Assembly: GCF_964204645.1 (NCBI RefSeq)
Contig: NC_134026.1
Span: forward strand, 26,818,150 to 26,882,149
Length of the DNA: 64,000 nt
DNA from: Tubulanus polymorphus
Taxonomy: Eukaryota; Animalia; Nemertea
Direction of reading: 5' to 3'
Shown here: one piece after another, positions 13,908 through 28,427 of the stretch
Layout of the letters: each line of letters begins with the position of its first letter
Numbering within the stretch: the stretch's first letter is position 1
Notes under the pieces: generated by a model
The model's input: the letters and a program-made list of their open reading frames with translations, nothing else
Told to the model about the DNA's origin: nothing
Databases searched by the model: none
Program-made: the position numbers and the translations under genes

Positions 13908-16900
13908 TTAAGATATTAGGTACTGGTTTATTCCATTGGATTTTTTGTGACACCAGAAACGTGCAAACTGAATGGATTTAACGCAATATGAAATTGACCT
14001 TTTGATATGTGGGTCACCTGCTAACCTATTAACATTTGGGTCATTGAATTGCTTCTAATGATTTTTGATGTTCCATAATAGTATAACAATCTAAAAGCAA
14101 ATATTTCAAATTTTGTTGGCTTCTAAAGCATCACTACCTTCAAAGAGGTTTATATTGGGAATTTAGTGTATGAACATACTGTGTTGAAATGATTTACTTC
14201 TCTAACAGTGTGCTATTTCTGATAGATTCAGAAGAACCTAATATGTTCTATGAATTAGCTGGAATTTAGGTCATGGTCAGCCAATATTAGTTGGTTGAGA
14301 AGTTCAGACTGACCCTTTTGGTACTGAGCCAATCTTAAATTAAATACCTGTTGGCTATCACGTTAGTCTGTTAATGCAGGGCAAGGTCGTTCCGCGGAAA
14401 TCAAATTCCCTCTATTTTACACCAAAATACATTTCTGTAGCATTCGCTGATCTGAATATACCGTACACGTATTTATTTTTGAGTGAATTCCACTTCATTT
14501 CTCTATTTTTATCATACAATGCTAAAGCAGGAAAGCAAATGGATTGTGAAATAACCACTTTAGTACGCTTGAATTTTTGCATGTTTCATTTGAATTGCGA
14601 AATCTCATGATATTTCATAGCTATGTTGGATGATCAGAGACCTATGAGACAAATCTAACAAACATACAAATCAAAACAGGGCATCTACAATGTATTTGGC
14701 TACAATTCCATTGTATCAGATAAACTTGTTAAACTTTCTGAGTTTAGTTACTATATGGTGAAGTGTAGTGTACATAAAACAAGTTTGAATCATAGAATAC
14801 TAGGTAAATCCCTGATTTATGGGGAAAGATGAATTAAAGTTTGAAGATGCATCGCCAAGATTGGTATTAAGATTATTTCAGCCACATCATCAAGATACTG
14901 TGAAAGGTATGACCGTAGTGACCTTGACAACTAATCTGTGCTACAGTTGGATGATGCACTGAAAATACCTTTCGGTACACACACACACATGAAAAGATTA
15001 GTGCCATGCAACATAATAGTTACAGGGCTGAACTTATGATAATTTATTGAAATTCATGACATATTTTCATTTGGGTGTAGAGCAATTTCAAGCTAAACGA
15101 CATGGACTGCAGAATTCTGCAGCATGTTTTATGAATAAACATATAAAGATGTAGCAGTAGGTGATGTTTCTTCATTAGATAGAGCTCTGTGTGAAAGGAG
15201 AATATGAAATGAATTTTCTTGACCTTTATAATGGTCACTTTTGGCCACCCCCATCATCTTTCATTCCACAAAAATATAATCTTGCATAACAATAGATGCA
15301 TCTAGAACAATGAAATATTTTGGAGGTGCATCGGTATAAGCTTATGAAAAAACCTGCTTGAACTACATAATTTAATAGGATTGAATGATATGTTTCCCTG
15401 TATTTACTGTTTACCATATGTCTATTTAGAAATGTGATTATCTATGGTGGTCAGTGACCAGTGGACCAAGGTGAAGGTTGGTCTGTTGATGAATGCTGGG
15501 TCAAGGTCATAAGGAAGCTGTAATGAATTACAAATGAAAGAATACATTACCCCCAAATAATACCCTACAAGGCTCAATTTACCCATGAAAAATGTTTTCT
15601 CATTTGTACTGAAATGATATATTTAATTTTGTCATTTAATTTACCCTGCGATGTGATATTTATGAAGAGGTTTCTGATTAAGTGTAAAACCAGACTGAAA
15701 TATTGGTCATCCACCTCTTCCCTGAGTAATAAAACTTGAAGTGGCTGAATGGGTCCTCATGCAATCTGCAGATTAAATTAATGAGAGACGCTGATAGAAA
15801 AAAAGTGGAAGTCCATTTGTGCAGTCTAGCAGAAGATTTGTCAGGAAATTTTGTTTGCTATTCAGCTTTTGTCATCAGAAATGAGACCCCTGCCTGGGAT
15901 ACCTGGCGTGTGAGTCAGCGGATCTAGAAGCAGACATCGCCTGTGGCGATCTGCCTCAAACGTAATGATTAATCTTGTTATATCACTACACTCAGTACTG
16001 TTCTATATTTGAGGTTACAATACAGACAACCGACACGAAGCTATGACACTGCATTAATTATGATCGAAAGATTCTGTTATTTTTCATGAAATCTATTCCC
16101 AATGATGAGAATGTAAGATGAAGAACTGCTAATGACACTCTAGTGACACTAATCCTGTCCCTTGGCATTCATTGTTTTTAATCCTATATCACATTACACA
16201 ACTTCCACTGACATAACAAGCTTGAAGTCTTCTTTAATTTCTATTGCATGCAGAATATTTTCTCAGAATGTGTAGCATTTATGAATTCATTTATAATTCA
16301 AAAGTATTTCAACTGAATATTTCAGAAACTATAGTTGCAATCTCGTATGTTGACATTATGTGAGATCAAACCATCTGACATCTGACCAATCTTTACATTT
16401 TACCATCCTATTGAAATCTTAGTAAATATTGGACTGGTTTGCATTTGATAAGTTCACCTCCCATAATAGAAGTACTAGAGGTAATGAGGTCACATAAACA
16501 ATGATTTCACGTTAAATCAACTTATTTAAGTTTTCAGATGAGATTGATTATCGTCTATAAAAGGTGGTATTTTCAAAGAAAATCAATGATTGAATAAGAG
16601 CTTTAAATCTATCAAAATGGTTGAACAGTTTTAATGGGCAATATGCATTTTATCTTTTCTTATTGATTGATCCCTGCTGTGGATGGAAAAATCAATTTGT
16701 AATGTATCAATTATTTTTTTCATCTGCAATCATAGGCTTTGTAACATAATCCCTTTCATTCTATTCACAGTTATTCATGTTCACATCATTAGTAATTCAC
16801 TATAGTCACTGCATCCGATAATATCGTCATAAAAAATTGTCATCCTGCGTGTGCACGCACAGAAACAGCTCGAAAATCTCTTTAAATGAGTTGAAATATT

Positions 16901-19823
16901 GCCTCAAGTGATAATCTTTATCATCATTTGTTTTGTTGAGTTTAGCAGCAGTAGCGATGAGTCAGAGAGGAAAATTGCGCTCACTAATCCCGGGCAGCTC
17001 ACTGAGTAGCAATTAGTGTCACCAGTCTATTCTCCGTCTATCAGTTGCAGTCTTCAGAGACCTGTCTGTCACAGTTCATAATCAGCTTCGAAATTACAGC
17101 CTACCGTCTCTGGACCAGGTGCAGAGATGCAAATGTTTCCGCTGTCATTTTGTCCTACGATTTCAATGATCAATGGTCAAAGCACTTTGATGGATTCCTT
17201 TTCCTATACAAGAGATGTTAATTATTCCTGTGTATTTGTGTGTGTGTGCAGTTCTTATTGCAAAACCTCATCAAACCTCCTGGGTGACTCTCACTCACTG
17301 CCTTACACTAATTAGAACGTCAGTGTATAAAATAAAAACAGCACATCCAATCGCTTAATTTTTCACCACCCACTAAATCTTATCCGGTATACATTAAGTG
17401 ACCATGATTTGTACGAGTGTTCCGTATCCTCAATGGTCATAAAGGACAGTCATTTAGAGGTGTACGATTGCACACATTACAGTGATTCTGTTTCTGATGC
17501 AGGATTTTATGTAATTAGACATCAGGAATATTGGGTGATGGATCGTGTTTATTCTGTATTTTATCTTTGTTATTATAATCCGGTTCTACATTAACTTCAA
17601 TATCTTCCCCTGACTGTGCTGCATTGTTATCAAATTGGCAAGTGCCTGATCAAAAGATCTATCTGTAATTTATTTTAATTTCTGCTGCCACTACCGCATG
17701 CCCGTGAATACATTACAGTTATTGAGAGTCGTTTTTATCGGAGTTTTCAGTTTTGTTTTATATCTACCGACATCGTCGGGTCGTAGACAGGGGATTTGTG
17801 TTATATTAGCAATCGCGTTATGAAAGTGACGATAAAAAGAAAATACAGACAGATATTTATGGCTGGAAATGAGCCATATCTGTGATGCATTAATTTGATA
17901 ATTTAGTGAATACGGTCGAGTTTCAGAACCTAACTAGGGTCACCGGATAAAACGTATTAATTATATGTTACTGATTGGTTTCCCCACGTAATTAACCTTT
18001 TTCGAAATTTGTGATAACTTCCTGTAATTCAAATACAAAAGCATACATTAGATTATTATCTATCTATATGTTGAATAATGACTTATTAGGTTTCCATCCT
18101 ATTTATATTAATTAATATTGTCTAATCAGGTTTTGGTTAATCAGTTTAATGCTAGTGCCTAGGGTCAGCAGGAGGTATTGCGTAACTTAGATGATGAAGC
18201 TTTGCCATTTGAAATCATCATTGAAATTGTAATGAGAGGGAGAATCTTTGATAAGGCGTTTAATGGTGCATTAACTCAACTAATGAATACAGTTGCATCA
18301 TTCTCTCAGATATTCATTGCTTCATTTTGATTTGCACAAAACTTTCTCACATTAACACATTGACATCATTTATAACATTAATCCATGGATCAGTCATTGA
18401 TTCTGTAGATTTCTATAGAAAATAATGCCTGACACTTTACTTCTAGGGTTCTTGGTTTCTATAGCTTTCACATTGGATTCAGATTTATTTTCAATTCATT
18501 GAATAGCCAAATCTCGTTGATAGGGCTTTCTCTACCCTCAAATAATCAAATTAGAATTTGATAAGCTCTAAGTTGACCACTTATGAATTCAGTCAAACCT
18601 GCCAGATTGGTTTAATTCTGATTTTGGTCTAATCTGGATATGATATGAAATATGACGTTTAATTGAGATCGGTCCCAGTGTACATTAACATTAATTGATA
18701 GTTATTGACAAGGAATAAAAAAAAGAATGTCTCTTATGAATTTAGATCTTGCAATACACAAAGAAAGAAGACTGTGAAAAGGTTTACTTGAGCTAGTAGT
18801 TTATTTCAATGTTTTGACTTATTCCTATATGTATATTTCATAATTTCTGTTGTAACATTAGTATTGCTGAAGATGACATGGAGTGTTTCATCATGATTAA
18901 AGAATATTTCGCTCAACCCATTATTATATTAACTGTTTGTAAATGTTACGTTGATGAGGAGAACACTGATAGACAGTCATCCATTCCGATCAGAAAGTAC
19001 AATTTTCAAGTCTAGATTTTATGCAAGAATGTCACCTGGCACGGTTTATGTATCATTAAGCATTACAAGATGCCCGGGAATAATGCTGTCCCATTTCCTG
19101 GATATTTGTCATCTGGTGATGGCTGTAAGCATTTATCACGCAGTGATTCTGCCATCCAAGGAAGATCGATCGTAGGAATTAATGGTCAATATAAATGTAA
19201 ATTCTATGCTTTTCTGCAAGGAAAAAGCCGACATTGAATTAACAACTCGAGATCAAGCATTCGTCTCTTATTTGGTCGCTAATTATGATTGGGTAATGCG
19301 ATTTACAAACGGGGTGTTGTAGCCTTTATTTAATCGTACATTGTCTATCAGACCGGTTGTTATGAGGACATTGGCATTTGGTTAAACGCGACAAATAAGG
19401 TTGATAATTAGACGTGTAGTTTCCTCTACTAATTTTGTGTCCGTTTGGGAATCGTTTGATTACTGTTAGAAACGTGCTTAATTGCTAGGAAATCACACTA
19501 CTCTCTACTGACTGGGCGGAAAAATCCCATCTGATTATTTTGTGGAAATTCCTCCAGAGGTTATGTCCTCAGGATATAGGAGCAGTAGCACACTGAGTGA
19601 GTGTGGAAACAGCTAAACTGGACTGACAAACCCTGTTTACAATAGGTGATTTGATATCTGTATGTGCATGGCCCACCACGAGTACCTTGACTTCCTGATA
19701 ATAGAATGACTATAATTATCTCTGTTGGTTGTATAAAGTCATGCCATTTATCCATGTGCCTGACAGTTACAGATAGACATGCTGGCCTTCCTTATATGGG
19801 TTTATTAAAACACTTGCGTCAAA

Positions 19824-20016
19824 AATGAAATTAAGAGTAATCCCACAATTGAAGACCAAAAAGTTCAAAAGTTGATTGAAAAGTTGATTGAGGCCCGAAC
19901 TCAGTTCTGTTTTCTAACAGCCATCACCACCTCATGATGGCTGTTTACTTTTCACTATTTCACTTTTTGAACTTCTATTGTTTGTTAAATTGTGAGATTT
20001 CTCTTAATGTTTCATT
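19824..20016. mobile_element. Foldback/MITE-like element with long imperfect inverted repeats
   Basis: The left arm AATGAAATTAAGAGTAATCCCACAATT...AAGTTCAAAAGT...TGAAAAGT matches the reverse complement of the right arm ACTTTTCA...ACTTTTTGAACTT...AATTGTGAGATTTCTCTTAATGTTTCATT. There is a central 11-bp perfect IR, AACAGCCATCA/TGATGGCTGTT. Confidence 0.7.
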
Positions 20017-21623
20017 ATACTGTTTTCTTTTTGTATAATCAGTTAGCTTTTAATTAGGTGTGTGGCTTTTCTTCAAGACTAATTCAACCAAAATCTAATA
20101 CGGACTTAAACGTGGATATTCGCGATCTCTCGGGACGTATTGCGGCCCAGATGTCATTATAGTTAAATGTCTTATCATTTCATGAGAGAAACGGATAAAA
20201 TTCATGACTTGTGAATTCAGTGGGTCGATTTAACATAAATCACACTTCGTTCCGCGCTCTGATTTGAAATTTTTATGTCTTAGTAGATATCACCAGGGAT
20301 AAAGCACCAATTGTACTTTTCCTCCTGTCTTTAATCCATCAATTAGATAGTGACATGGAATGATAGTTTTTATGTGTCTCATAAACCTGAGTGTGAGCTT
20401 CGTTCCTGAGAATCCCCAAAGAAATAGTTAAATCTACATTAATCTGCCAGTACGCATTACGGTGTCACATTATTGTCTTTTCGTTGATCTGCAGAAGTCT
20501 CCAGATTTAGTCGACAGTTTTCCCACTTGGCAAAGTCTCGTTCGAGGTCATTATATCGAAGCAAAAGTGCTCTCTCAGAAAATCATGAAGGCATCTTAGG
20601 TAATGCTTATTCGCTGCTGCGGAGATAAGCATTCGTGCAATTTGATTCTGATTTCATGCTGAAATTTGAACCCGAAGGCAAATATTTTGAGCTGTAACAG
20701 GACATGTTATCATTTGAACGGTTTGTATTGATTTTGAGCTGCCCCGCATTCAAATAGCCGTAAGATAACAAGCGCTAAATACATCGAATTCACTGGTACC
20801 TTGGTAACAAAATTGCTGTTAAAAACTCCTGTCTTAGTCACATCCGGACAATTATTAAGGAATTGCTAGACTTCTAGCGTGAGCAGCAATAGTCATTGAT
20901 AATCTAGCATGTCTCGTCATGCGGAACTAATGCTATTGTCAATTAGACCGCTCTCATCCATCTCGCGACAGCATTTTGCCATCGGCATCACACTCTTATC
21001 CACAGATCAACTTCAATTTCATATGGACAATCAAATTTTTAATAATTATATGGCTTACAGATTGACTTTTTCTCCCTATGGAATTTGTTGTTTTGCTTGA
21101 ATGACAATTCTCACTCAAATGCTTCCAGGACTAAAGTAATTACCATCAATTGTACAATTGATGAAGCTTGACAGAATTAACTCCGTTTTCCTCTTCTATG
21201 TCTGATAATGAAATAGACTGATTCTTTTAGCACAGCTGAAAATATTTAATGTTCTGACACAAACATGCTCGACCATGTATTACTGTCATATCTGGATGTT
21301 ACTTCAACGTACTGAACATGCCAATCAAATAAAAAAGTTATTGGATAAATGATACACCGAATAGATCTAACTCGTTTCATGTGATATTTCTCCGATATCC
21401 ACTAATCTAATATTTCATATCGATTATTTGTGCATGACACTCTATCAGGTTGAAGGTTTAGGCGGCAGGATATTGATCAGACTGTCTCTCAGTCACCAGT
21501 CAATTCTCGTTATTGGTTTTATCGACCAATATAATAATTAGATGTAAGCAGTGGTCATCACCTGCTTCGCGCTGTTTATCATAGACAATTCTGAGAATAA
21601 AATCACACATATTTACTTTGTCC

Positions 21624-21665
21624 ACAGAGCATGGACTCTAACACATTTTAGAGTCCATGCTCTGT
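21624..21665. repeat. Perfect 18-bp inverted repeat (hairpin/cruciform; possible collapsed MITE)
   Basis: ACAGAGCATGGACTCTAA-CACATT-TTAGAGTCCATGCTCTGT. Confidence 0.9.
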
Positions 21666-24600
21666 ACATACCGGTATTGACATATAAAACATAAGTAAAG
21701 CCATTCATGTTCAAGTTGTGCTGAATTTTGTGAGATTTGTGGATACTTTTCTCAGAATCTCGATCAGTCCAATTTGGTAATTTCTGTCACCCTGTAGGTT
21801 CATTATCATACCCCATCAATTCAATTGCTTAATTTGGAATGGGAAGCAATAAAGCTCATAATCATTTGTTGTGAAATACTAGCCAAAATTACCTTTTTAT
21901 CTTCTATACTAGCTTTTCCTAAAAGATACATGTATCTTTTTGATGGAAATGTTACGATGTTGAAGAAGTAAAGAATTTCCTTGAAGTGTAATAGAGGTTA
22001 TCATTTTGATCCATACTGTATGAATTGACTTTGTTGAGAAATTGATTCCCAGTACTACTTATCAGAGCATTCCAGACAGCTGTTACCCCTGTACTCATTA
22101 TTGACTGTCATTCAGCCTAAACACTACAAACTTTGAGCGATGAACCAATAGTGGGTAATAACTAGACATTTCCGTTTAAGTAACCTTGATTTACCAGACA
22201 GATTAAGAGAAGGTCATTGGCTTTTATGAGAATCATCAATTTATGACCTGCTTAGGGCCAACAGATGGATGGCATGACCAGTAAATACAGGAATGTGAAG
22301 TTGTTGTCAAGCTGATGACCAATATGTGAACCTTTTCTTGAATAGAATTGCTCTCTCTAGCTTTCTTACTATCATAAAATCGTTAATTGACCAACTGTAC
22401 TCATTACCCTCAAGTTTTCTTATCAATTACTTGTCCCAGAAGGTCTACGTTCATTACAACATCAACTTTGAAAAACAACTTTCATCAATGAAATAATCTT
22501 AGCATGGTTGCTTATAGTAAGCATCCAATCTTGACTCTACAGAAAGCACATTCATTTCTTGTATTCAATATGATATTATGAAGTTCAAATTGTTTTTATG
22601 CCTATGGATAGCAACATAAGTTCATATGTTAGTGATCTATAAGTCGTCTTCTTGTAAATTCACTTTTGGAGTCTTTATCATCGGTACAGATGAAATTCAT
22701 GACATATGTTTGGCTTACAAGTCTAATGAAGTGCTTAATTTTATGATAATATAGTTCGAACAAACATGTTTCATAACTTACCACTACATAAACGTTGAAA
22801 TGCCCAACTTCTGAAGTCCGCTTGCCCCAGTTTTGACCCAAAATTCTGTGCACTACGCTATTGAAATATTGTGCCATGTACTCGGCAGAAGAAGACAAAG
22901 CATTCAGCAAGTAGAGACATCTGGTGAGCCTGATGACTCCGCTGTTTTAACATCAGTGTCGTGACTTGGGACAATATCTGCATCCTTTAATAACAAATCA
23001 CTGTTGAATTCTGAATGAGCCATGATTTACTTCTACAATTAAAACAATACATGGTATTTTCGTTAAAAAGATGTTTAGAAATTCATAGTTAATAACTTGA
23101 ATAAATTCCACGTCGATGTGAACTAAATAAAATCCATAAGAACTTCTATAAATTCTGAGATATCTACTAATATTTTTTTGAAATATCAACAGATATTTAA
23201 GATACTCTCGCTGATATAGTGATCCTTTATCGAGGAAAATCTTTTTCTATAGAAAACATTGCTCTTTCTCGTTCTTCATTTCTAAGCTCATGCCTGACCT
23301 AGTATAACTTTTTTAGCTACATTCGAATAATGGCGTCTGTTCAAACAGTCTTTTGGAGTACTTTTTAGTAACCTGGTATCGTGCTATGTAGACCTACTCG
23401 ACTCGATATTCTAAACTCCAAACCAGAGACCGTTGCTGTTTGAACATTTGGCTAGTAATAAGTAGCGGGTAGATGCTCTTTTTGAATAATTCTACCTTAG
23501 AAATATCAAATTAACACGAAATATTATTAAATCGCATTACAAAACAACGTCAAGTTTAATGTCAAGATAATTTTGAAAGTAGTTATTAAAACTTTTATGA
23601 CACATATATAACCTTCCAATAACATCAATTCAATTGATAAACAATCCAATTTCAATCATTCATTTATTTTTGGACGCAGACTTTATGCGTAGATATAATT
23701 ACCTTGAGAATCTATTTATAATATCACTTCCTGCCACTTCCATCTATATGACAATCCTTTCTCCTACGCATGATATTCTCGGCTTAATTACTACTTTTCT
23801 ATAATAGTGATAGTACTTACTTCTTCTAGTTTCAAAACATTTTTGACCACGTAACGATACATCCAAGGGTGACTTTTGGGCAAAAAATACCCGAAGCCAA
23901 TTCATGCATTGTCATCGTCGGTGTACTCGTTTCTACTGACGCCAGTGTTCACTACCTTTTTCTCGCGAGCGAAGCTTAAAACAAAGGGAATGTTAATGAA
24001 GCTTGCGCGAACACAATGCAAATTGGATCAATCTCACGACCGCTCGCACGTGATTGATATCACGGCTTGAATTTTTTGGTATACAGTACACTCTGGTATT
24101 ATGACTAGGTTCGATGGCTAGATAGCAATGGTTTCATGCATCAAAATATAAGACGTAAACATAAAAAGCACAAAATCCATTCTGAATTGTGGATGACTGA
24201 TTTTATACTTTGATGGTTGATTTACAAGTATTTTCCTTTTTTGCAAGTAGCTTTCGCAAGTATGAGTTTGGAAAATGCAAAATCCATGAAAGTTTTCCTG
24301 GAAACCTTAAAAGATTTGCTCTAGATTATTAATGATTCATAAATGATGTGCGTCATGTAGGCTAATGATTTGTTTTGCATGTTTACTATTTCGATCATTT
24401 TTCATCAGGTGGCAGCACTGGTGATGATGCTGGTCCAGTTTTTTGTTGATAATTGATGATGAGTCATGGTTCCAGGGGCTACCGAGGCATAGGTAAGAGC
24501 ATCACTTCATTTGCTGCATAAATACTGTAACATAGTATCAGAGCTTTTAATAAATACACATGATGTCATCATCCCCTTCTATTTTATGGGTACAGCATAT

Positions 24601-27600
24601 GGCATGTTCCACGATACCAACTTTGAAGTCAAAAGACTTTTTGATAATAAAAGGTATCAAATACACACAAGTTAATTGAACAGCTGTAGTCAAAAATCGG
24701 CAAATATGAGAACTTCAAAGAAAACTGTAATTGTTTTTAAATCTATTTCAGTTTGGCAGCTGTTGTTATGTTTATTATCTGTATTATGGCTTTTTCTGTC
24801 TCCTCGCTATCTGAAAAACGTCTCCAATATATCTCTTAACAAATTTTCAAAAACGTTTTTCGATAATAAAAAGGTTTAATGTTCATCTCTTTATTGATCT
24901 GTGACTCTTATATCATCAGTCTGAGGGATATGTACTTCTAAAGTTGGCTGTTTCTCATTAATATCGGAATCCTTTCTATAAATTCATTACAACCCTGGAT
25001 GTGTCCATTATGTGGTCATTAAAACACCATAGAATTTATGAGAAAAATCAGTCGGAATGTTAATGATTTATGTTATTTCATGATCGACATAAATTTGAAT
25101 GCTCCAAATACAAGTTTTGAGGGCAAAGCACTTGCAGTTCATGTCAGTTATGCGCTGATTTCACCTGATAGATATTTGGTTCGGTTGGCTCCACTATATC
25201 GATGTAACATTTCAACTATGTTTAAGATAAGACATATTGTGACTATGATACTGATACAGGGACGCCTGTCGGTAAAAAACTTCTGATTACAAACTTCAGA
25301 TAATAGAACCATTTCCTATGTGAATCAGGGACCAGTAAGTGCAGTAAAGGTTTTCTGTCTATTTACATCGTTGATAATTCTTATTTCATGTGCCGAAAGC
25401 TTCAAAGCATTTCGGTTCCTAGAATCATCGGCTGTTTATTAAAGCCCGTTTTGATTGGAATTTACCGCTGTAATAAGTCTGACATGCACTGTATTATACG
25501 TTACTGGTGGCCAGTCATCAAACCTGATCTAGTTACTGGAACAGTGATCATTTCCGACTTTGATCGTAGACTTTTATACCGACATAAATTTGTCTACTTC
25601 AACGAAAATCAGAACACTGCATAAAACTAGTGACTCTACACATCCTCGAACTAAGGACTTATTAATCCTCTGATATTCGCCACGCGTTCGTAAATATCAT
25701 CAAGTATCTATGGCTGTTTCGTAGAGAACTATCCTTCAGAATCCTTCATTGATCGTGTCATCTAAAGGGGGTACTGACTGTTAAATTAATTATGCAGCTG
25801 CACCTGTAGTGCTCTTTCGATTTAAGCATTAAGTACATTAATTTCCTTTCCTGCAGACTGAAGTACTAGCCACGAGTCGCCATAAGGGAGATGTATTTTC
25901 TTATGTAAAATACTAAATTCCAATTCGTTGATTAATTATTGATACAATAAGTAACCAGTTCTGGGCTTGAGGCTGATTATTAATTGAATTGATGATTTAC
26001 GCAGGGACACATCGATTGAATTGACTTCTTATTTTATCATTCATTAAGTTATGAATGATGGCTTCATATCCGTGATTATCACGCCATTTTGCCATGTATC
26101 ATTATTTAGAGTACTTGCTGTTCTTTCATGATTATACATTTGCGGATAATATGTAGAAAAGTGCTCATGTTATATCAAAGTCAAGGCTGAGTATGGATAA
26201 ATTCAATTATCATTGTCACGTTTTCCTCCTACCATCTAATCCATTTTTAAGCAAGCCTGATTGGTTAAGAATATGGAACTGGCCTCACAAAATAGTATCA
26301 ACTAATTTGATTCTGTAGATTTAGATCTAGCTCACAATTTTGGAACTTGGTCCCTGAATCTAAGTGAATCAGACAAACTTGTTGTCATTTGGGAGGGCCT
26401 TGACGGAGAGATTGGAAATTCCTAAATCATGAGTTTCACAATGTCATCGCGCTCTGTACTTCGTTCTGTGGTTGAAATGGTGCAGACAATAGTGGTATTC
26501 TGCTGCAATTCAGAAAATTTGACAATGGGATTAATGAGTGGCACGAATCCCATCCTCATAAGCTGAAGAAACCAATTGACGACACTTTCACGGTATGACG
26601 AGTGGATTGATACTGGGTAAAAAGTTCCAAATTTGTGCATGCGGAAAACCTGCCCACAGGGGCTGCACCTTTGATCTCGAGAACGAAAAGGAAATGGAAG
26701 TGGCGTGAATTTGGCTTGATCAACATGAGTCACGTACACAATTAACAAATGCAGCACCGATCATTGCCGTCATTGTTAATTTGTAGTTAGTCACCGTAAA
26801 ACGATATCACCTTAAATTAACAGAAAAAATCCTGGTGAGAAATTCAGCGGTTCTTGTGATGTTGATTTTCTACTGCGGCATGGTCTGATATTGAGCTCTA
26901 AGTGAATTATTGATAAATTTGTCAGGATTCCTCTTGCGAGAACGATCCAACGCGAGATGCAATCGTGTAGCAGTTTTCTTCCTGATGTATTGAAAAAGAA
27001 AAGCGTCTGCACGTTATACACAGTCTACCAATGAAAATCACGAGCATTTTATATTATAATCGCCCGAAATTCTAGCTATAAGCTATATATAGGGTTTATA
27101 AGTTTAAATATCACATTTACTACGCAGGTTTGCCTAGAGATACACAATACACAATTCATAGTTGGGGAAAAATAGTTTGCCTGGATATTTGAGCTATACC
27201 TGGATTTGTCTCTACATATTCACTGAAATGTCAACCTTTAAATATCGCGAGGTAGATGATGTCCAAAAAGGTGACAGTATACTGACATTTTATATCAGCT
27301 TTCTATCTCGTCACAGAATTTTCATGAATTGATATTAAACTTCTAATTACCGAGTAGTTATTTTGTTGAGAGATTTTTAAATGGCTGATTCATTTTATGA
27401 CTGTCTCATTTGAAAATCTCTATCATGAGTAAAAATGGCATCAGCGCTGCGTTTCATTGGTCCAGATGTTTCCTTATAAGGAAGTGGCGTAGTACTACGG
27501 TTGTAAATTTACTCACGGATTTCAGTTCGGTGATTCACGACGTACCTCGATATCAATGAAAATCTTACGCATAATATCTGTTGAAATTTGGACGTGAATC

Positions 27601-27782
27601 ATTATTCGGTGATTATAAGGTGATTCATTAAACATCGAGGGTCCGACTAGACATCGGGAGATACCTCTTGATTCATCTATAGATGTGTCACGGTCTGTTG
27701 GTCCAGTCTGTATGATGTCATACTGACTAACGGGTATCCCCAGACTTATCCATATATGGATTTACTTGGAGACATTTCAAAA

Positions 27783-28427
27783 TGACGTAAAGGATGGCTG
27801 GTTTGTGTGAGTCAGAGGGTATCCCAATCATCGGTGATGAGCAACGCTGTGCTCATAACCTGTTGCTTTGATGTATTGAGTCAATTTTCACCCTTCGCCA
27901 GGCAATGGACATGATGATGGTTGAATGACTATTAAAAGGAAACTGTTCAGTGCTGGAATCATCGTTTTTTGCATTGATTAATAGTTGACCATTGACATAG
28001 CTTGTTTTTTGCGACAAAGCTCAGTAATAAACATGATGATGATAACTTTTCCTTAAAGGCATTTTACCTTAAGAAAATCTCAAAGCTCTTCAGATAGTCC
28101 TATAAATCACTAAAAATCAAGATGCTGGTGGCTTGGAGCAAATGTTAGTTCTCTGATTGTATCTGGTGAAAAAATCAACTGATAATGAATTGATGATGTC
28201 ATGTATGATGTATCATATTGCAATAATTGTCGTCACCATTAAATAACTGACTCAAATCCTGGGTACCGTCGATCAGATTGATCTCTGATTCAAGGGGGTA
28301 ACACCATCAGACAGATGTCCAATACTGTGAGTCACATAACATGTTTGCTTTAAGTCTTAAACAGGAGATTGACTCAAAACTTTCTTAGTTACTTGGCAAA
28401 TTCTGAGTCAATATTGCGCAAGGAATG
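27783..28427. promoter_or_regulatory. Candidate enhancer: homotypic AP-1 cluster with C/EBP and TEAD motifs
   Basis: TGA(G/C)TCA at 27808, 27877, 28248, 28328, 28370 and 28404; TGACGTAA at 27783; TTGCGCAA at 28414; GGAATG at 28422. Confidence 0.6.

Noticed and set aside
22782-22942. Minus-strand exon candidate ending in G|GTAAGT
   Set aside because: The donor is good but the acceptor is weak, the peptide is unrecognisable and there are no partner exons.
24385-24418. Minus-strand CTGATGA...CGAAA hammerhead match, and an overlapping CTCF-like CAGGTGGCAGCA
   Set aside because: Neither helix II nor helix I can pair. The CTCF match has mismatches in its 5' core and is a single short hit.
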